From a virus (lineage: Duplodnaviria; Caudoviricetes), in IMG/VR virus record IMGVR_UViG_3300049782_000146, positions 1 through 30,347 of that record: a stretch of 30,347 nucleotides of DNA, one strand, 5' to 3'. Position 1 is the first letter of the stretch, and each line of letters opens with the position of its first letter. The translations under genes were made by a program, and so were the position numbers. The notes below the pieces were generated by a model. It was not told the DNA's origin, searched no databases, and was given only the letters and a program-made list of their open reading frames with translations. Shown here in pieces: positions 27,414 through 30,347 of the stretch.

Positions 27414-27901
27414 CCCCCGCCCTCCTCCTCACCCTGACCGTGGACCCGGCCCTCGCCTGGATGCAGGCGTTCGGCATCAGGTCAGACGACCGGGCGCGGG
27501 TCATGCTTCTGGCCATTGCCGGCCAGGAGAGTGGCTACAGGCACCGCCGCCAGGTGCCGGTCGCTCACGCCATGGGGCTGTGGCAGTTCGAGCGGGGCGG
27601 GGGCGTGACCGGGGTACTGCGCCATGCTGCCTCGCGCACCGCTGCCCTGTCCGCTTGCGAGGCTCTGCTTGTGCCGGCCACACCGGAGGTGGTGCACCCG
27701 GCGCTCGAGCACAACGACGACCTGGCCTGCGTGTTCGCCCGGCTGCTGCTCTGGACCGATCCCAGGGCTCTGCCGGCGGTGGACGATCCGGACGGCGGCT
27801 GGGAGATGTACCTACGCTGCTGGCGCCCAGGGAAGCCGCATGCGGGCACTTGGGTGGGGCACTGGAAAGCCGCACTGGGTGCTGTGGCGGCGAGCTTCTG
27901 A
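27410..27901 (+). CDS. Putative endolysin (lysozyme/lytic transglycosylase-like fold)
   Basis: LLAIAGQES catalytic-Glu helix, GLWQFE, ARLLLWTDP, YLRCWRPGKP; ATGA overlap with the pectate lyase. Confidence 0.75.
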   Translation: MTPALLLTLTVDPALAWMQAFGIRSDDRARVMLLAIAGQESGYRHRRQVPVAHAMGLWQFERGGGVTGVLRHAASRTAALSACEALLVPATPEVVHPALEHNDDLACVFARLLLWTDPRALPAVDDPDGGWEMYLRCWRPGKPHAGTWVGHWKAALGAVAASF

Positions 27902-27967
27902 CCAGCGAAAGATCACACCTTGTGTCTATCAGTGTGGGCAGCTTGACCGCAGTCGTAGTTGATATAG

Positions 27968-28489
27968 ATGTCAATCGTGGAGATGATCAAGCAGGCCCTG
28001 CGCGATGGCACGTTGCTTCCGTACCTGCCAGTTCGCTCGCGTCGACAGGCGAAGCGGTGCCTGTTCCTCACGAAGCATGCCCACTCACAGCTCACAGATC
28101 CTAATTCTGCCGTCAACATCCTGGTTGGTCGTGGGATGATAGAAGCCGCCCTCACGAAGTGGACACTGGGAGAGACGGTTTATGGTGACCGTAAGGGAGG
28201 GCGCTTTCTTAAGCGCTTAGATCCGCCGCCGCCGGAGATTTGGGAAATCCGCTTGACCGAGCCGACTGTCCAAGCGCGGCTATTCTGCCGGTTTGCTGAG
28301 CCAGACGCGCTCATCCTCACTCATATGCACACGAGACGATATTTAGGTGATCGCGGATCTCCTGAATGGCTTAAGAGCATGGCGGATTGTGCAACCGCCT
28401 GGGATGCTCTTTTTCCCTCCAGCCTACCCTTCTCTGGCAAGGGTATCGCTGACTACGTCACGGAGAACTGCAATGACTTCCCAATCTGA
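27968..28489 (+). CDS. RelE/HigB-like toxin with N-terminal extension
   Basis: FLKRL...EIWEIR.....ARLFCRF.....LILTH pattern typical of RelE/ParE-fold beta-sheet; upstream of an XRE gene. Confidence 0.62.
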   Translation: MSIVEMIKQALRDGTLLPYLPVRSRRQAKRCLFLTKHAHSQLTDPNSAVNILVGRGMIEAALTKWTLGETVYGDRKGGRFLKRLDPPPPEIWEIRLTEPTVQARLFCRFAEPDALILTHMHTRRYLGDRGSPEWLKSMADCATAWDALFPSSLPFSGKGIADYVTENCNDFPI

Positions 28490-28958
28490 GCAGTCGCCGA
28501 TGCATCCAGCCGAGCTCCGTGAATTCGGCCTGATGCGAGTTCGTGATACCGCGTTTTCTGCAGTACAAAAGCTGTGGTTGCGACGGAAGGACGAGGGGTT
28601 AACTCAGAAGGACCTCGCCAGCAGACTGGGGCGCGATCGTGGTTGGGTTTCAAAGAACCTTCGTGGGCCCGGGAATTGGACTTTCCGCATCTTCGGTGAG
28701 TTCGTCCAGGCACTGGATGGCGAAGCGGAGATCGAGGTGTTTGCGTTAGAGGATCCCGTCTCCAATCCGCAGAACTTCAATGCTTACGAAAAATATGCAA
28801 AAACGCCTGTAGCGTTTAAGCCGACCTTGAGCCCAGCAGCTGATGTGGCTGTCGCCAGGTGGAGATCGAGCGGCGATGGTCTCGTGATCGATGGGCCGAC
28901 CACTGCCTCTAAATCGAATGTTTTTCATGTCTACGAGATTAAGGTCAAGCAGTCATGA
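28473..28958 (+). CDS. XRE-family HTH protein (HigA-like antitoxin) with C-terminal tail
   Basis: GGAGA RBS before ATG 28473; GLTQKDLASRLGRDRGWVSKNLRGPGNWT; overlaps the toxin stop. Confidence 0.8.
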   Translation: MTSQSEQSPMHPAELREFGLMRVRDTAFSAVQKLWLRRKDEGLTQKDLASRLGRDRGWVSKNLRGPGNWTFRIFGEFVQALDGEAEIEVFALEDPVSNPQNFNAYEKYAKTPVAFKPTLSPAADVAVARWRSSGDGLVIDGPTTASKSNVFHVYEIKVKQS

Positions 28959-29425
28959 AGGCACCTCGTTTGGATATAACTAGTGTGATCCTTTGCGAAG
29001 AAGTGCGGCGGGAGATTACGACAAAGGATATCCTGCTGGGGGTTTTTCCGGGCGATATTGCGTCGCAGGGGTTCCCTGCGCAGATCCCGGTTGCGTTTTG
29101 GTTTAGTTTTAAACCGAGCGCGAGTGGAAATATGGAATTTGAGCTTCGGCTGCTTGATCAGACAAATGCGGCTCTTATCGAGCTGAAATCTGAAATACTG
29201 GTGGGAGATAACCTCGGCCCAGCCGCCTTTTTTACGCCCCCTTTACGTTTGCAGGTTGTTAAGCCTAGCAAATTTCGTTTGCAGATGAGACAGGGAGGGG
29301 CGGGTTGGAAAACCATAAAAACATTCGGCGTTGAGAAGATCGATCCTGCCAACCCCATCATTGGCTTCATCAAAGGTCACGGAGTTCCGTCTGGCGCTTC
29401 GTCTTCTGATGCAGATGGCGCATAG
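28955..29425 (+). CDS. DUF6941-like all-beta protein
   Basis: VILCEEVRRE...KDILLGVF...FP N-terminal signature as recalled for DUF6941; ATGA coupling to the XRE gene. Confidence 0.65.
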   Translation: MKAPRLDITSVILCEEVRREITTKDILLGVFPGDIASQGFPAQIPVAFWFSFKPSASGNMEFELRLLDQTNAALIELKSEILVGDNLGPAAFFTPPLRLQVVKPSKFRLQMRQGGAGWKTIKTFGVEKIDPANPIIGFIKGHGVPSGASSSDADGA

Positions 29426-29443
29426 TAGCAGGCTGGTCGCGAG

Positions 29444-29498
29444 AAGAGCCGCCCGGAGGGTTGGGACACATCCCGCTAACCCGCCGGGCGGCTCTTTT
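29444..29498 (+). terminator. Long hairpin, probable intrinsic (possibly bidirectional) terminator
   Basis: AAGAGCCGCCCGG-A-GGGTT ... AACCC-G-CCGGGCGGCTCTT ending in a T4 tract, starting 19 bp after the operon stop. Confidence 0.8.
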
Positions 29499-29648
29499 GC
29501 ATTCTGGGCTTGGCCTTCCCGCATCTTCTTCGCACAAGATAACAACGTTGTGCGAGGACCTTACCCGCGTCACCTGATGTTGCGTCTGAAGATACGCCGA
29601 GGCATGTTGCACCGCAGCGCCGGGTACCGCGCTACTTCCGATCAGTGT

Positions 29649-29674
29649 CCCCCGCCCGCCCCTCCGGGCGGGGG
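29649..29674. terminator. GC-rich hairpin downstream of the minus-strand gene
   Basis: CCCCCGCCCG / CGGGCGGGGG 10-bp stem; no convincing U tract. Confidence 0.4.
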
Positions 29675-29694
29675 TTCGGATCAGCTGTCTTGGC

Positions 29695-30000
29695 TCAGCG
29701 CAAATCGCTTTTCGGCACGAAGATTAGCGCACATCTGCGTCCAAGCCGCGGCTGATCATCTTTGGTCCGCAGAGGGGGCAGTGGCAGTCCCCTTCGCAAG
29801 CGAGAGGCGAAGACGACACACATCAAATGAATAACCTCGTCCCGCGATGACGGTCCGACCGCTTCCAAACCGCCCGGTGCGTCCACTGCTTCTGCGTACC
29901 AAAGGGGCGAAGCTGCGGTCGGCGGCAAGTCCACACCCAGAGGCAGAGCTTGCCAAAGCCGAAGCCAAAAGCCGACTTGGCGGGCATCGCTCACGGTCAT
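29695..30000 (-). CDS. Hypothetical protein (101 aa)
   Basis: Strong GAGGAGG RBS upstream of ATG 30000; no recognisable family. Confidence 0.55.
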   Translation of the reverse strand: MTVSDARQVGFWLRLWQALPLGVDLPPTAASPLWYAEAVDAPGGLEAVGPSSRDEVIHLMCVVFASRLRRGLPLPPLRTKDDQPRLGRRCALIFVPKSDLR

Positions 30001-30155
30001 CCAACGTCCTCCTCAGCCATGACCGAGTTCGAGGTGCAGACTGCAGAGCGTTCATCCATCCACGATACGGGCACCCTCGCGCCGCAATAGTTGAATACCG
30101 GGATTTTAGGTCCTCAGTAATTACTCCCTGGTCGCCCCCAGGGCGTAAGTTCGGT

Positions 30156-30347
30156 TCACCCCTTATCAACCGCCACCACCACGCGCGGCACCCGTACTGG
30201 CTCCCCCATATCCAGCGAACTAACCTCGACCGTGACGAGCAGCCCCGCATCGGCCGCCGCCTCGATTGAGTGGTTCAGTATCTCTGCCGCAGCTGCGACG
30301 GCTGCGGCCAACTCCATGTCCCGACGGACCCCAGAGGAAAGCTCCAT
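30156..30347 (-). CDS. Small phage hypothetical protein (start may lie beyond the window)
   Basis: LNHSIEAAADAGLLVTVEV helix-strand pattern resembles small prophage proteins. Confidence 0.5.
   Translation of the reverse strand: MELSSGVRRDMELAAAVAAAAEILNHSIEAAADAGLLVTVEVSSLDMGEPVRVPRVVVAVDKG

Noticed and set aside
1-30347. CRISPR array, tRNA, rRNA, integrase or att site
   Set aside because: None was recognised; the prophage boundaries appear to lie outside the window.

Overview
GC-rich (Alphaproteobacteria-like; host assignment is inference) prophage late region, almost entirely on the + strand. It starts with a NusG/RfaH-family regulator, followed by terminase small and large subunits, portal, minor head protein, protease/scaffold, decoration protein and major capsid. 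Next come neck proteins, a contractile tail (sheath, tube, chaperone with a -1 frameshift, tape measure), baseplate, a short fibre with its chaperone, and a beta-helix tailspike. From about 21.6 kb the lysis genes are interleaved with accessory genes: a convergent glycosyltransferase-like gene, two tandem paralogous small antisense genes, an HNH endonuclease and a signal-peptide-less PL1 pectate lyase coupled to the endolysin-like gene. The strongest candidate for an undescribed system is a compact three-gene operon at 27968-29425: RelE/HigB-like toxin, XRE antitoxin with a long C-terminal tail, and a DUF6941-like beta protein. It resembles toxin-antitoxin-chaperone (TAC) phage-defence systems but has a non-SecB third partner. 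All family calls come from motif recognition by eye; no database search was run.
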